64,000 bases of DNA from Pavona decussata (lineage: Eukaryota). Location: assembly GCA_977016875.1 (NCBI GenBank), contig CDRNST010000148.1:2418001-2482000 (forward strand), given 5' to 3'. This document shows, piece after piece, positions 1 to 11,900 of this stretch; positions within the stretch are counted from its first letter, which is position 1, and each line of letters begins with the position of its first letter. Below the pieces are notes generated by a model, which had not been told where the DNA came from, made no database searches, and saw only the letters and a program-made list of their open reading frames with translations. Position numbers and translations under genes: made by a program.

Positions 1-1242
1 CAAGTTGTTTACTTTCACTTTCCGGTCAGGAATTGTTTAATGTTATAGTTAATAGTTGAGGTTTATGGGGGCGGAATGCGTCGACTTAGAATACTTTCAC
101 CAGCTCTAGCTAGTCTTGTTGATGACTGATGATGATATACAACCCTTTCTTTTTGCTATCTTGGTTTATTTAGGTGTTTTTTTTTTGTCTTGCGAAGGAC
201 CGTAGTTGTACTGACATGAATAATATTGTCGGTGGTAAAGCGGATGGAGCTTATAAAAAGAGACGGGAAAACTGTCGCATTCTCCTCCTTCAAAGCGTGG
301 CATTGTGCTTCCAGCGTAGCTTTAAACTGAACAAAAGTACTGTCTGTTTTGCAAACTTGCTTAAACGCTCCGCAGTAAATACGCCATACAGTTGGCATGA
401 AGAAAGACATCAGTTTGCGTTAATAAATACAAACGGAAGATTTCGTGTCAGATAACGTGATAAAACATGATCCCAGAGGAACGGGCTCAATTTTCCAACG
501 CTGTCCTTCGATCACGGTAGTATACTTTATTGCTGCAAGACGGGCAACTGCTGTTGTTCATTAATCATGTTTTTGAGACGAAGCTGAAATGACTCCATTC
601 GTCCACATTCGTGATAATTCGTCAAATCTAAAGTACCGACTAGCTTAAATGAAGTGATCAATTAGTTCTTTTTTTTGCCCCTTGTGAAAAGTTGTTGTTA
701 TCAACGCTGCAATATTCCCTCCTTTGACGCTAGTTTACCGTTCCCGTTGTCGCCTGTCGCCGACTGCCAAGCAACATATACATCAAATGATGGTGTAGTT
801 ATGGGGGTTAAATGAATGCATTGATTTTATGATCGAAAGATAGAGACGTTTTTAATCAGTCAAGATTTGCGGGTGTTTAAGCTGTTAAAATTCGCACCTC
901 GAGTACGAAACTCTTCGTGTACGTGTTTGTTCGCGCGTGTCATTTCCAGCGGCTAATTTACACCATGGTGTACGACTCGCTCGGTTTGTCCAAGAGTGTG
1001 GACTGAATGTAAATAAACATACTACTACGGCTAAGCAAATACGCTAAGAAGTTTTAACAACACATAAATAACACCACGACAACTATTAAGGAGCATTTCG
1101 AGTTCAAATGATTTGATAAGTCAGTCTTGAAGGGCTTCAAATGAGACCAGGACGTCTGTTTTCGGAGCAACTAACTGAAAACAGATTCGGTCATCGTGCA
1201 CGCGATTTTAGTCAAGTAGCAAAATATTTGAACGCTTTTTAC

Positions 1243-1546
1243 CTGGATGAGGATGGCTTAGATACTGCAAATTCTGTCTCTGGTGCCAGGACGACATCCA
1301 AGGAAGCGGCAGACCTTGATTAGATGGGATGTCGGCCATGTAACTGGGGTAGCTCATCTCGTTCGTGTACATGACTTCTTGTAGAACTCTCGCAGATGGA
1401 ACGATGGGATTCGGGCCAGTAACGTGTGGCTGACAGACCGAGAAAGGTGGCCTTGACGTACCAGTATTATTAATCCCATAACCAGGTTCTTCAAAGCATG
1501 GTGGCACTAGAGCAGGAATACTCACACCGTGACTGTTTTGTAGCAT
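1243..1546 (-). CDS. Probable first coding exon of an ANTP-class homeobox gene; homeobox exon would lie left of the window
   Basis: ATG in AAAATG context at 1546; 101 Pro/Ser/Tyr-rich codons with LPWM (1306-1295), ending HPHP-G|gtaaaa, a phase-1 donor at 1242. Same layout as Emx exon 1 in this window. No homeobox visible in 1-1242. Unspliced, it reads to a stop at 1208. Confidence 0.4.
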
Positions 1547-3300
1547 TTTCCTGGACAGTTCCCCTGTTGAATACTGGATAGTGGCGGAGAACTGTTCTGG
1601 AGCAAGTGTGCTTGAATCCTCTTCTCTAAGCCCTGATGTGCCGATAAATTTCGTCTCTTGGCTCTTTATCTCGACAATCGCAGGTCTGGAGAGTATTTAA
1701 GGCCGAAGGGGGTTTTATTGAAAGGCGGGCTTGTTATTGGTCGAGACATTTCTTTATGTCCTGCAACGTGTCATCGTGATGGCTTGATGAAGGAAGAATG
1801 AACTCCCTTCTCAAAATGCACAGTTTTGCGGCTTGAAAACGTAATTAGCAGATCACATTTCGTCTCGGTTGGCGTGGAAAAAGCTGAAGACCTACATAAT
1901 TGCAGTTAGGAGATAAGATAAGACTGGGGTCTTTGTTTTTATTTGGACTGAAATGTTTGCTTAGCGAGGTGAGTTATAAAGATGCAAGACAAACGTTTAT
2001 TTTTGCGGCATGGTGCTCTGGGCTATGGCTTTCTCATCTAGAGTATGTTTACTTCGTTTCCGAAGCGTGCGAGTTTTTTTAACACCATTGTTAGGTTCAT
2101 GGCGTTCTAAATACTGCTAAACGGCTGTTACACGAGCGTCGAGACCACCAACTTTGCGACAGGGCTGGAATGTAGGTGAGCGTCAAACAAGATTCCGAGA
2201 GAGGTATTAACCAGACGGACCAGACGTTGCATTGCGTTTTTAGAAACACTAGTGCTTTGGAGTTCCTCGGCGTATCATTCACATTTCTAGAGGGTCAACA
2301 AGCCTTTTAGGGTAGGGTGCTTTCCTGTAAAGTTAAGTTATCGTTCGTGATGCGCTCAATAATTGCGGCAGAGTTGTTTATTCAATCCTTTTCGAGTCCC
2401 TAAAACGTCGATGGTTATCAAACCGTTTGCGGCGAGATCTGCTTATTCAAGAACAACCTTGCGTTCGAGTTTCAACGCCTTGGCAAAACATCTTTCAACG
2501 GGGCGTGTGTTTTACCTTCCAACAATTTAGTCAGTTAACCGCAGCTGATTATGTTTATTGAGGGAAAGAATCTTTCTGGCGGCCACCGGCGTTCGAGAGT
2601 TTTAAGCTTTTGGTGTTAAATTGACTACGACCGAAACGGAAACCTTGAGGTTTACAAAGGAAATGTCACTTTTTTTACTTGTGTTGTCTGGAGACAATAC
2701 AAAGGAAGTTAATTTTTGTCCAAAAATAGAAGAGGTTTCTCCAAATAGCAACTCTGAACAAGCCTGTCACGGAATGTAGAAGAAAAATTCTTAATCTTTC
2801 GCTGTAATTTTGTAGCAAAAAGTGAAATTTGCGGCAACGGCCATAAATTTGTAGCGACGTTGTAATAATCTCCATTTTGTTTTCAATCGTGACCAACATC
2901 GAGTTTCCTCGCAGAGCGAGTTTTGCACACGCGTGTGCCCCTGTTTTGCTTTTGTATTATTTTGGTACTGAAAGTTATACAGTCTGATTTTTTCTTCATT
3001 TGTTCCTAAGGCATATTTTGTATTGATTATGGCAAAAAATTAGTCTGAATTTGCAATGTTGATCGTCCGGCGGGGAAAGAAAGCCCGTATGCGGCTCTCT
3101 TGTAAAAGGGCGGGGATACCCCACGGAAAAGTTGAATCAAAAGTACCCCTATCAAGGAAACCAATCTGGACGTGGCTCAAGCTTTCGACCCCTAAAAGCC
3201 GACCTAAAAGATACCATTCTTTTGAGGCAGACAAATATTAATGTCCATCAATGAGACTGTTAAATGATGGCTGTGAAAAAATTTTCAAAGACTTCATGCC

Positions 3301-3620
3301 GGACTGGAATGAAAATTTTGAATAAATTAGTGCAATAATGAATATCTATATGGCAGTAATTACGAAAAGAAAGCATTGTGTGATCAGATGCTCGTTTATG
3401 ATCAGGTAATTAAATTTATATGATTGCGTTAATGTGATTGATGGGAGTATTTTTGCTATTTTACCGCCATTGCACCCTGGGACTGGATGGAAATTTTGAA
3501 TTAATCAGTACAATAATGAATATCTATATGGCACTAATTACGGGAAAAAAAACATTGTGTGATCAGATGCTCGTTTATGATCAGGCAATTAAATTTATCA
3601 TGATAATTGAATTAATATGA
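3301..3620. repeat. Diverged direct duplication, period about 180 bp
   Basis: ggactgga..aaattttgaat..caataatgaatatctatatggca..cattgtgtgatcagatgctcgtttatgatcagg occurs at 3301-3437 and 3480-3620. Confidence 0.85.
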
Positions 3621-4862
3621 CTGTTTTTGAAATATTTCGGCCACATAACCAAGATAACTGATTTTAAAACGGTTTAGATTAGATACGTGTTTGATTTCAG
3701 CATGCGCAAGGTCCAATTGAAGTCACATGCACTCAGGTTGAATGTTCTTTTAAAAGCTTCAGGAGACTAAAGCTGGCAAAACTCCGCAGTAAATCACTGG
3801 TCAACGACTAGACAAACAGCGCAAATACCAAGTAATACACTTAACTTTGAGCGGTGCAACAGAGGGGTTGCTGATTGGATTCTTGTGTAATATTCAACGT
3901 GACTCAAATGCAACGTGTGAGTGATCGTTGCCTGGGTTGAAATATTCATTTTAAGATGACGATCTTCCCGTATGTATCTTCATGACGAAATATTCGCGAT
4001 AACAGTTACTGAAGAAAAGGATTCACATCGTCCACTACTCTGATTTTCAAATATTCGAAGGCGGACTCACTCTCTCTCCTTTTAGTCTCTCTTCGTGGTC
4101 GAACCGTCTCCGGTGGTTCTTATCCCCTTGTGCTAGGAGCTTGTACATGTTATTGTCAGTCGTGTCCTTAGAACTGAGCAAGGAGCACATTTGCACAACA
4201 TCATAAACAGCATCACAGGAAATCACTTCTCAATACTTAATTTGAATGGTCCCACTTCATTTATCAATAAACTTAAACTGACGTCAGGGCCATCCTGAAC
4301 AGTATAATGAATAGCACTCCACAGGAAAGTATTGCTTTGTTTGACTGGTCACACTTTAGGATTTAAAGCAGGGACTCTAATTTAGAGTCGCCTTGTACTA
4401 CCACCACAGACAAGTTCTGCTCAAAAGTTTTACCTGACTGATCAAAATTTAGCAATTCTGCACAGATTAAGAATTAGAACCACCTTGTAGAGCGTAACGA
4501 ACACCACAGCAGTACCGCTTATAATCAGTAGTTGTTATTTGAAAGAGGACATTTTACAGTTTTGTCTCCAGAAACTGTTTTTCGATCCTTTCTGTCCCAT
4601 TGTTTCAGGCCAGTGAGTGGGTTACCACCAGTGGTAAAATAAGGCAAGCTTACCATACTGTCACTGATAACCATGTTACAGTGAGAAGAACGAAATCCAA
4701 TCCCTTCACTTCAGTACAAATTTTGTCCATTTTCTTTTGTTTCACGGGACAACTTAACTTGTTGGCAAAAAAAAAATCACGATTATTCACCGAAGGGGAG
4801 GTAGAGAGTGGCTGTTTAATCGCCATTCACCCTTTCGATGGACACTGAGCTGTAAGGTGACT

Positions 4863-5247
4863 AATAGACCCGTCTCCAAAATGGCGGCAACAGATTTGAA
4901 TGAGTTAAAATTGAACTGAATGAAAAAATGATACAAGCACTAGAAAGAGTATCTTTACTTTAGTAACCTTGCAAAGTTTCAGCATATTAGGTGTTATATG
5001 AGCTTAGGAAATGTAAGATGAAATTTGACAAATTTACAGACGTTCGTATGACTGGGGGTATACGTCATACCCCAAGTCATACAAACGTCTGTAAATTTTT
5101 CATTTTTCTTTTCTCAGCTGATATTACACCTGATATGCAGAAACTTTGCAGGGTTACTAAAGCAAAAGTGCTCTTTCTAGTGTTGGTATACGTTTGTAGT
5201 TTTAACTTATTTGAATTTTCGGCCGCCATTTTGGAGAAGGGGCTATT
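4863..5247. mobile_element. Foldback MITE (whole element is an inverted repeat)
   Basis: Ends aatagacccgtctccaaaatggcggc / gccgccattttggagaaggggctatt; arms pair up to a central hairpin near 5070-5076. Confidence 0.8.
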
Positions 5248-5337
5248 ACTTTGATATGCCAAACCAGTCGATCGCCGCTAGCCCTAATTAGCCACACTTG
5301 GCCAAAAATACTCGCGCATGGAATCCAGAAAGTGAAT

Positions 5338-5594
5338 AGCAAATGCACGTTTCCTTGGTTTTGCATTTCTACGTTCTGTGATTGGTTAAAAAAACTCGCG
5401 CCACTTTCTCAGCCAATGGGAATCCAAACCAAACCCAATCGCATTTTCGCTGCACGCCTTTCCCGCGCTTGGCGCCAGTTACATGTATTTGATTCGAGTT
5501 CTGATTGGCTCGTTGTGTTGTTTACATCTGTTGCGATTGGCCAGAGTAATTCTTTTGGTTTTGGTTTTACGACACTCAATTGGAAACCGTTCTA
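5338..5594. mobile_element. Truncated non-autonomous interspersed repeat (gattgg-rich)
   Basis: Repeated gattgg motifs and terminus ttttacgacactcaattggaaaccgttcta, resembling an abundant coral repeat as I recall it; other end not seen. Confidence 0.5.
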
Positions 5595-5962
5595 TCTGGA
5601 GTTTCAATAGCTAACTACGCAATTTACCAGAGTGCATAAAAAAATGCTAACGAGTTAGCCCACTGCGGAGAATATTTTCTCTTCACTCACCATATATATG
5701 CTCTTTCTTATCCATGGAATCATTTATTTCATTCAGATTCATTTTCATGACAAACTCTTCTCTAATTTAAAAAAAAGAGCTTGATTTCTGACTACCTTAC
5801 ATTTTTGTTGCAAATCTGCAATTCATTTATCACATTCCAGTAGTCCCGTTCCATTTCAACTTTTCCACTCCAAGAGGCTCCCGAGAGGGACTAAGCACTA
5901 ATATATTTTTCTCTGCCCCAATCCCCGAACTGTACTTTCGAAGACGGTGTGTCGACGCAAGG

Positions 5963-8900
5963 ATGACAGATTATATTTACCTGGTTGTTTTGTGCTTTTT
6001 CTTCTGCAGTATTGCAGTAAACGTCAGAGCAGATCTGCCAGGTTATTGTGGAAAGGAAAGCTATGCTTACACTCCGCTAAGAAAGAGTGCTAGTGGGCAA
6101 TATACGCTGAAACAAGTTCATGTTGTTATAAGGTACGTAACCCTTACTTGCGTGCACGCAATGGTCTGCAACCTGTTTTGAGGACTTTATTGTTTCGATC
6201 ATGAATAAATCCACGTGTTGGTTTAGTGGGATTCAGATCCCAGCGTAGCTAACTATTTTTTAGTTGAAAGGAAATGGTAGGTCTTGTTTGGATAGAGGTG
6301 TGGTAAAGCCGCGGAAGCGAGAGGGTTTATATAAAATTAGATAAGTTCCAACCTCAAGTTCCTAAAAAAAAAAAAATTTTATTTTTTAAAACAACGAGAA
6401 ACAAACAACACCGCGTGAAAAGACTTTGCACTTGATATCTTGAATCAGATGAATGGTCACAGTTGAGAATATAAAAAATTGCAAATTGCATGACTCATGA
6501 TCACATGTGATTTGATCTCGGAAGGTGGGTGTCAATGTCAATTTAAAAAGAGAAAAATGCTCAGTTCCTGTTAATGTCTAAATTACTTAGTTGGTACTTT
6601 TCTAAATCCATTTGTTGTTTTCATCACCCAGCCATGCATAAGTTGATTCATTTTCAGTATTCCCCCCTAAATTTTGAGCAGTTGTGTGTAGAGTGGGGGT
6701 GTGGGTGTCCAAGACGTCAGCAGACATACAATTGAACAATAGGGTTAGGTTAGGTAATCAATATCATGTTAAATTTCCCATTGTGGTCTTTGGTAATTTT
6801 GAATGGATTATTGCAAATTTCAGTCATCTTGCAATATTGGATTTCCTACTTCTTGTTTAGTTGTAATCTGAGAAATCAAGAGCCTTAACTGCTCAAGTTT
6901 GACTGGACTATAGTTTTGGTCCATTTTGTTGAGGGACATCTGTACATTAGATGAGTTACAGCTGTAGATGATGCATTTCTAAATTACAAACTAATGCAAT
7001 GGCAGCCTCAACTCACTAGCACATACTCATGTTGTTTGAGTTGTACAAATATATTTTGTAATGCCTAATGGCCAAAGTACATGGCAAAGTTTGCTAACGA
7101 CATTACTGGGGAGTAGTAAAAATAAATTTAGAACTTGCACATATAGAGAGTGTGTACTAAAGCCATCCATTCACTAACTGGCACAGCACAGTGGCACATA
7201 CTTAACACCACCTGAGTTGTTGGCTTTTTTAAACCTTTGTTGAATTTTGGTGTACTGGTTTGTTTTAACCTTACCAAAGCTTGTTACAAACTGGGTACCC
7301 TGTGATTTTGGACAAATGCGGTTGATCTTTCTAACATGATTTTTGGAAACCGAATTGACTCAAAGAAAATATGCAACTTTATACAGTCACATCTCATTTA
7401 TGTCTAAATATTATTTTGCAGACATGGTGACAGGACCAGGGCTTTTGCTGCACCTTGCTGGGATAATGACACTGCTGAATGGGACTGTCTGCTGTCTTCA
7501 GCTTCCATCCCAGTCATCAAACATGACATCCATGATATAACTGTCAGCAGGGTATACAGAGATGGTATGTACATATATATGTTTTGGTCTGTAGTATATT
7601 TTATGAGTTGTGCTGTATTTTGATGCTCTCACGGGGTGAGTCAAAATACAAACAACATGACTAGTTAGTACAATATTATACATGGATACTTCAAAAACAT
7701 TTGACAAGAGATTTATTACCCAACTACTGAAAATATGTACTAAATCATAAAGAAGTGAAGTTTCATACCCTAGGTTCTTGACCAATAGTTTCAACCCCTT
7801 AACCCATACTAACTATTAATGAAATTGTACCCCTTGGACACTAACAATAATTTTTATTCCACTTGTTTCTTATACCGATGTCTCAAAGACATGCCAAGGC
7901 CTCATTTTTTCCAGACAAGTGCCAAGTGTAATCTTTGCATTAGAATTTCTTCTTAGTAATTGCAGCATCATATTCATAGCCTTCTACAAATTATTAATTA
8001 GGCATTTAAAATCACATTTTAACCCCTGGTTGGTTATGACCAATATCCAATTTGTACATTCACCGTCATTATCTTTATACCAGTACTGTTGTATTCTAAG
8101 CATGTGTCAGTAGTCTTTTTAGGTGTTGCCCTTATTAAACAAGTCTTTCCTAAACTGATGTCATGTTTTTGTTGATATAAATTTACAGCGTACATGGCAG
8201 GCCGTAATGACATGAAGGGTGACTGCGGTTTAGGCCATCTTACCTTCAAGGGATATAAACAACAAGTGCTTAATGGGGAGAATTTGCGCAAGGCTTATGT
8301 TGACACTGGATTTCTTTCTCCTGACTATCACATCCAGGAGGATTTTTTCCGCACTGATGGTGAGTTATTTTAATTTGTTAATTAATAATGATAATCTGTT
8401 ACCACCATGCAATGAAGAAGATGATATTTACAAATTATAAAATTTTTACTTGGATTTTATTCCAATTTCTGGCAAAAAGCCTGATCCTTATCATTTTGTT
8501 TTGTATTATTTTGTTCATAACTGGCCACCAAAATCTGAGCCTGTGATATGCAACTGAGTGGTTGATTACTTAAAATCTTAATGTTATCACTTTTGAACTC
8601 TAAAAAATGCTAAGAGTTTTCAATGCCAGTCTGTTTTTTTTTCTCCAGCAAACAAGATTTGGGAAACTTAGTAGGGTTTATTGATGGGCAATAATCACTG
8701 CCTCAAATCGTGCCATCTTGGGGTATTGGAATTTTTCAGGTTCCTCTGTGATCTGTCTCTTCCAGTGATCCACTGGTCAGCTTTAAGCCGCGGCCACACG
8801 AGCAATTTTTTGCTCGCGCAGGTGATGCGATTTTTTCAAATTTTGTCGCGTCACCAGCGCGAGAGGGTGGCTAAACGAGTGACAAATTCTAGTGAGTTTG

Positions 8901-11900
8901 GCGACAAATTGAAAGCTGCGTGAATCGCGTACTTTAAGAGACCTGGCGCTACAAACAGACTGATGGCAGACGGCCCTTTCGGAGGAGGATGTTGTTTTTC
9001 GTCTATTTTCATTCTTCTTCTTGACGATAAAAAGCAAACGAAGGAAGAAGAAGATTAAGAAAAGGTCAACATGGGTCTGTCCGTGGCTCGCAAAGAGAAA
9101 GGAACAAGGACTTTACCATCAACTTCTGAAGGAAATTTCAGTCGACCGTTGATATCCCAGTGTTTCCGAGCTATTGCGGATGACGAGGCTTAGTTGCAGG
9201 GTGGCTACACGGGCACTATCTCAACGATTTTGTCGCGAAAATTTCAATTCTGGCGACTTTTTTTGTGTGATTTTTTCACCTGTCGCGTCGCCAGTTTGAG
9301 GGTAGCTACACGTGCGATTTTCATCTCGCACTGGTGACCATCAAAATTTGAAAAAGTCGAATCACCTGCGCAAGCAAAAAATCGCGCATGTGGCTGTGGC
9401 TTTAGTGACATGGTCTTCATGTCTGAATGATGTACATTTATATTCACAATTGACTGCTGTATACAAAACAGGTGCTTTAACTTGCGTTTGCTGTCAAAAA
9501 ATTGTGTTATTTGGTAAAATAAAAGAAAAGATTTTCAAACTTTGTTTATAAATAATACAAATTGTCCTTAGATTCATTCAATCAATCTCTCGAATGTGTT
9601 TTTTTTTGTTTGTTTTTAAAGATATGTCAAGAACCAGACAGGTGAGCTGTAATTACCCTGAAGATTTTTGCCTAATATAGTGCATTGGTATTTTACAAGG
9701 AAATCTCCCTCTAAAAAAATCTTACTTAAAATTTACACAAAATTCAACTGCTATGGCATTTTGAAACACCTGACATCTGGTATAGCTCTAGTTCGATTAT
9801 CTGCAGAGTTCCACAATGAAGTTCAAATTGTGGAGAGAGCCAATTAAGCAGTACATACTCTGTGGTACTGTTTCATGATTATGCTGCAGAAGGTGATAAA
9901 TCTTACATAATTTTCATTTTGTGGAAAACAAATCCCTAAGTTTTGAACAAGAAATTAATGAAAGCTGGTTTTTGGGCAGTGCATTCTTTTTGTATATGTG
10001 TATTAAAAATCTTAAAAGTATTTGTTTCTAATATTTGGATGCTTGGCCCTGCTACTAGAACCGTGTGCTTGTGCTATAGGTTATTTAAATGTTTTTATGC
10101 TTCCTTAGAGTAACTGAAGAATGGCTATTTTTATGTTTATTTTTATTTTTATTTTTATGAAGGATTTGCAGTTGAAAGTAATTCAGGGTTACAGCTTGCT
10201 TTTTTTTTGGCACTAATTCTTTGTTGAGAATTATCTTAGTCTGTAGTTGAGAATTACTTCATATAATTTATTTCTTTGACAAACTTGTTTTGTGTTAAAC
10301 AACACGTTTTGCCATTGTTCTCTGCAGTCTGCTCAAGCTCTTGTATTAGCGCTGTTCCCGCCATCTGCACCTTCCCAAGGCAAATCGCAGGTTGTTGACA
10401 TTCATGTCATGGATAGAGATTACGATGACATTGAGCCAAATCCACGGTAAAATAATTTCGGTAAAACTATTGTTACATCCAATTAGTTAGGCTTGTCCAG
10501 TTAAACCTTTAAGCTTTCATATCAATGTACATATTAAATTTGTCCAATTGGTTTCAAGGTTTGGGGGAATGAAACAACAGAAATTACATTGAGGTTCAAA
10601 GATGAATGATTTATTTATTTTGTTTTATTCCCCTAAGCCTCAAAGCCAAGCTAGAATTTTAATATAAATTATTTTCAAAATTGATCTATTCATGTTCTCT
10701 CTATATTTCTTATGGTTTTAGTTGGGAGAATTTGTTTTAAGATCAAGGCATTTAATCTTGGGTGATCATTTCCTTATTCTCATTTTATACTTACCTGTGT
10801 GTTTGTAGCCTCCCACGCAGACGTTCTTCGGAGTTTGTCACGCGTTCCTGCCCCACGAACGTCTGCTGAAACAAACAGCCACTTCTGTTCGTCGGCAAAT
10901 TGCCTTTGTCTGAACAGACCATTCAGCATTGACTCATTATGACAAGTAAAGCCAATCACATACTGCGAAACAACGGAAATCATCACCCGTGGAGATATTT
11001 TCGCTTCCGGACGTGCATACAGTTTATACGATTGAAATTTTTCCTTCCACAACACCGGTCACCCTGCATTTTCTTCAGTGATTTCACTGAGAGAAGCGGC
11101 AAGAATTCCAAGATTTGCCAATTTGTCTATCTGGTCTTTCATAAGATTTACAAGCGGCGAAACCACAACAACAATCAGTGACCAGCAGCTTCAAGAATTG
11201 AATTGTAAACAAACGATAGAGCTTGATAAATAAGTGACTTTCCATAACCAGTTGGAAGGTTTACGAACACATTAGTTTTCTTCTGCGCAAATTGCACTAT
11301 AACTTCTCTTTCATACGCATTCAACTCTCTTATACCAAACGTTTGGCATACATGACGAAAAACCACATTATTTTAAGTCCGCCAGCCTGTAAAGGGTAAT
11401 ATTTTTAATATCAAATACGAGTTTACCCAAAGTTGGGAAAGGGCTCCTGATTGGTCCGCAGTTGACAAAGGGAAGTGGCTGTTCGTTTCAGCAGACGTTC
11501 ATGGGGCAGGAATGCGTGACGAACCCCTAAGAACGTCTGCGTGGGAGGCTAGTGTGTTTGTTGAAGTATATAGTGTTATAATAATAATTATTGTGGGATT
11601 TGACTGTTTTTATGGCTTTCTTGTAGCACAAAATGCCTATTTATACTTTTGGTGTTCTTTGCCCTTAAGTCCAAACCAAACTTTGCAAAAATATTAAGCA
11701 ATGTGGTACTAACAAATGCATTATGTAAGCTGACAATTGCAAACAAATAAATTATTTGTTAAAATTAAATCCAAGCTCATCAGTTTTTGCATAATTTAGT
11801 AAACTCCCCTCTTACATGTACAAACTGCCTGAATAACCTCTTTATCTTTGTATTATTACTAGTTATAATTATTATTGCTTTGCTTTCTTGGTTCCCATTG

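Noticed and set aside
156-455. Opposing ORFs at the window start
   Set aside because: No recognisable motif or convincing splice structure; may be intronic to the putative homeobox gene.
6740-6756. Telomere-like tagggttaggttagg
   Set aside because: Too short and imperfect.
11175-11366. Host RecQ helicase gene
   Set aside because: Only motif I, enclosed by TIRs and a TSD; a transposon remnant.
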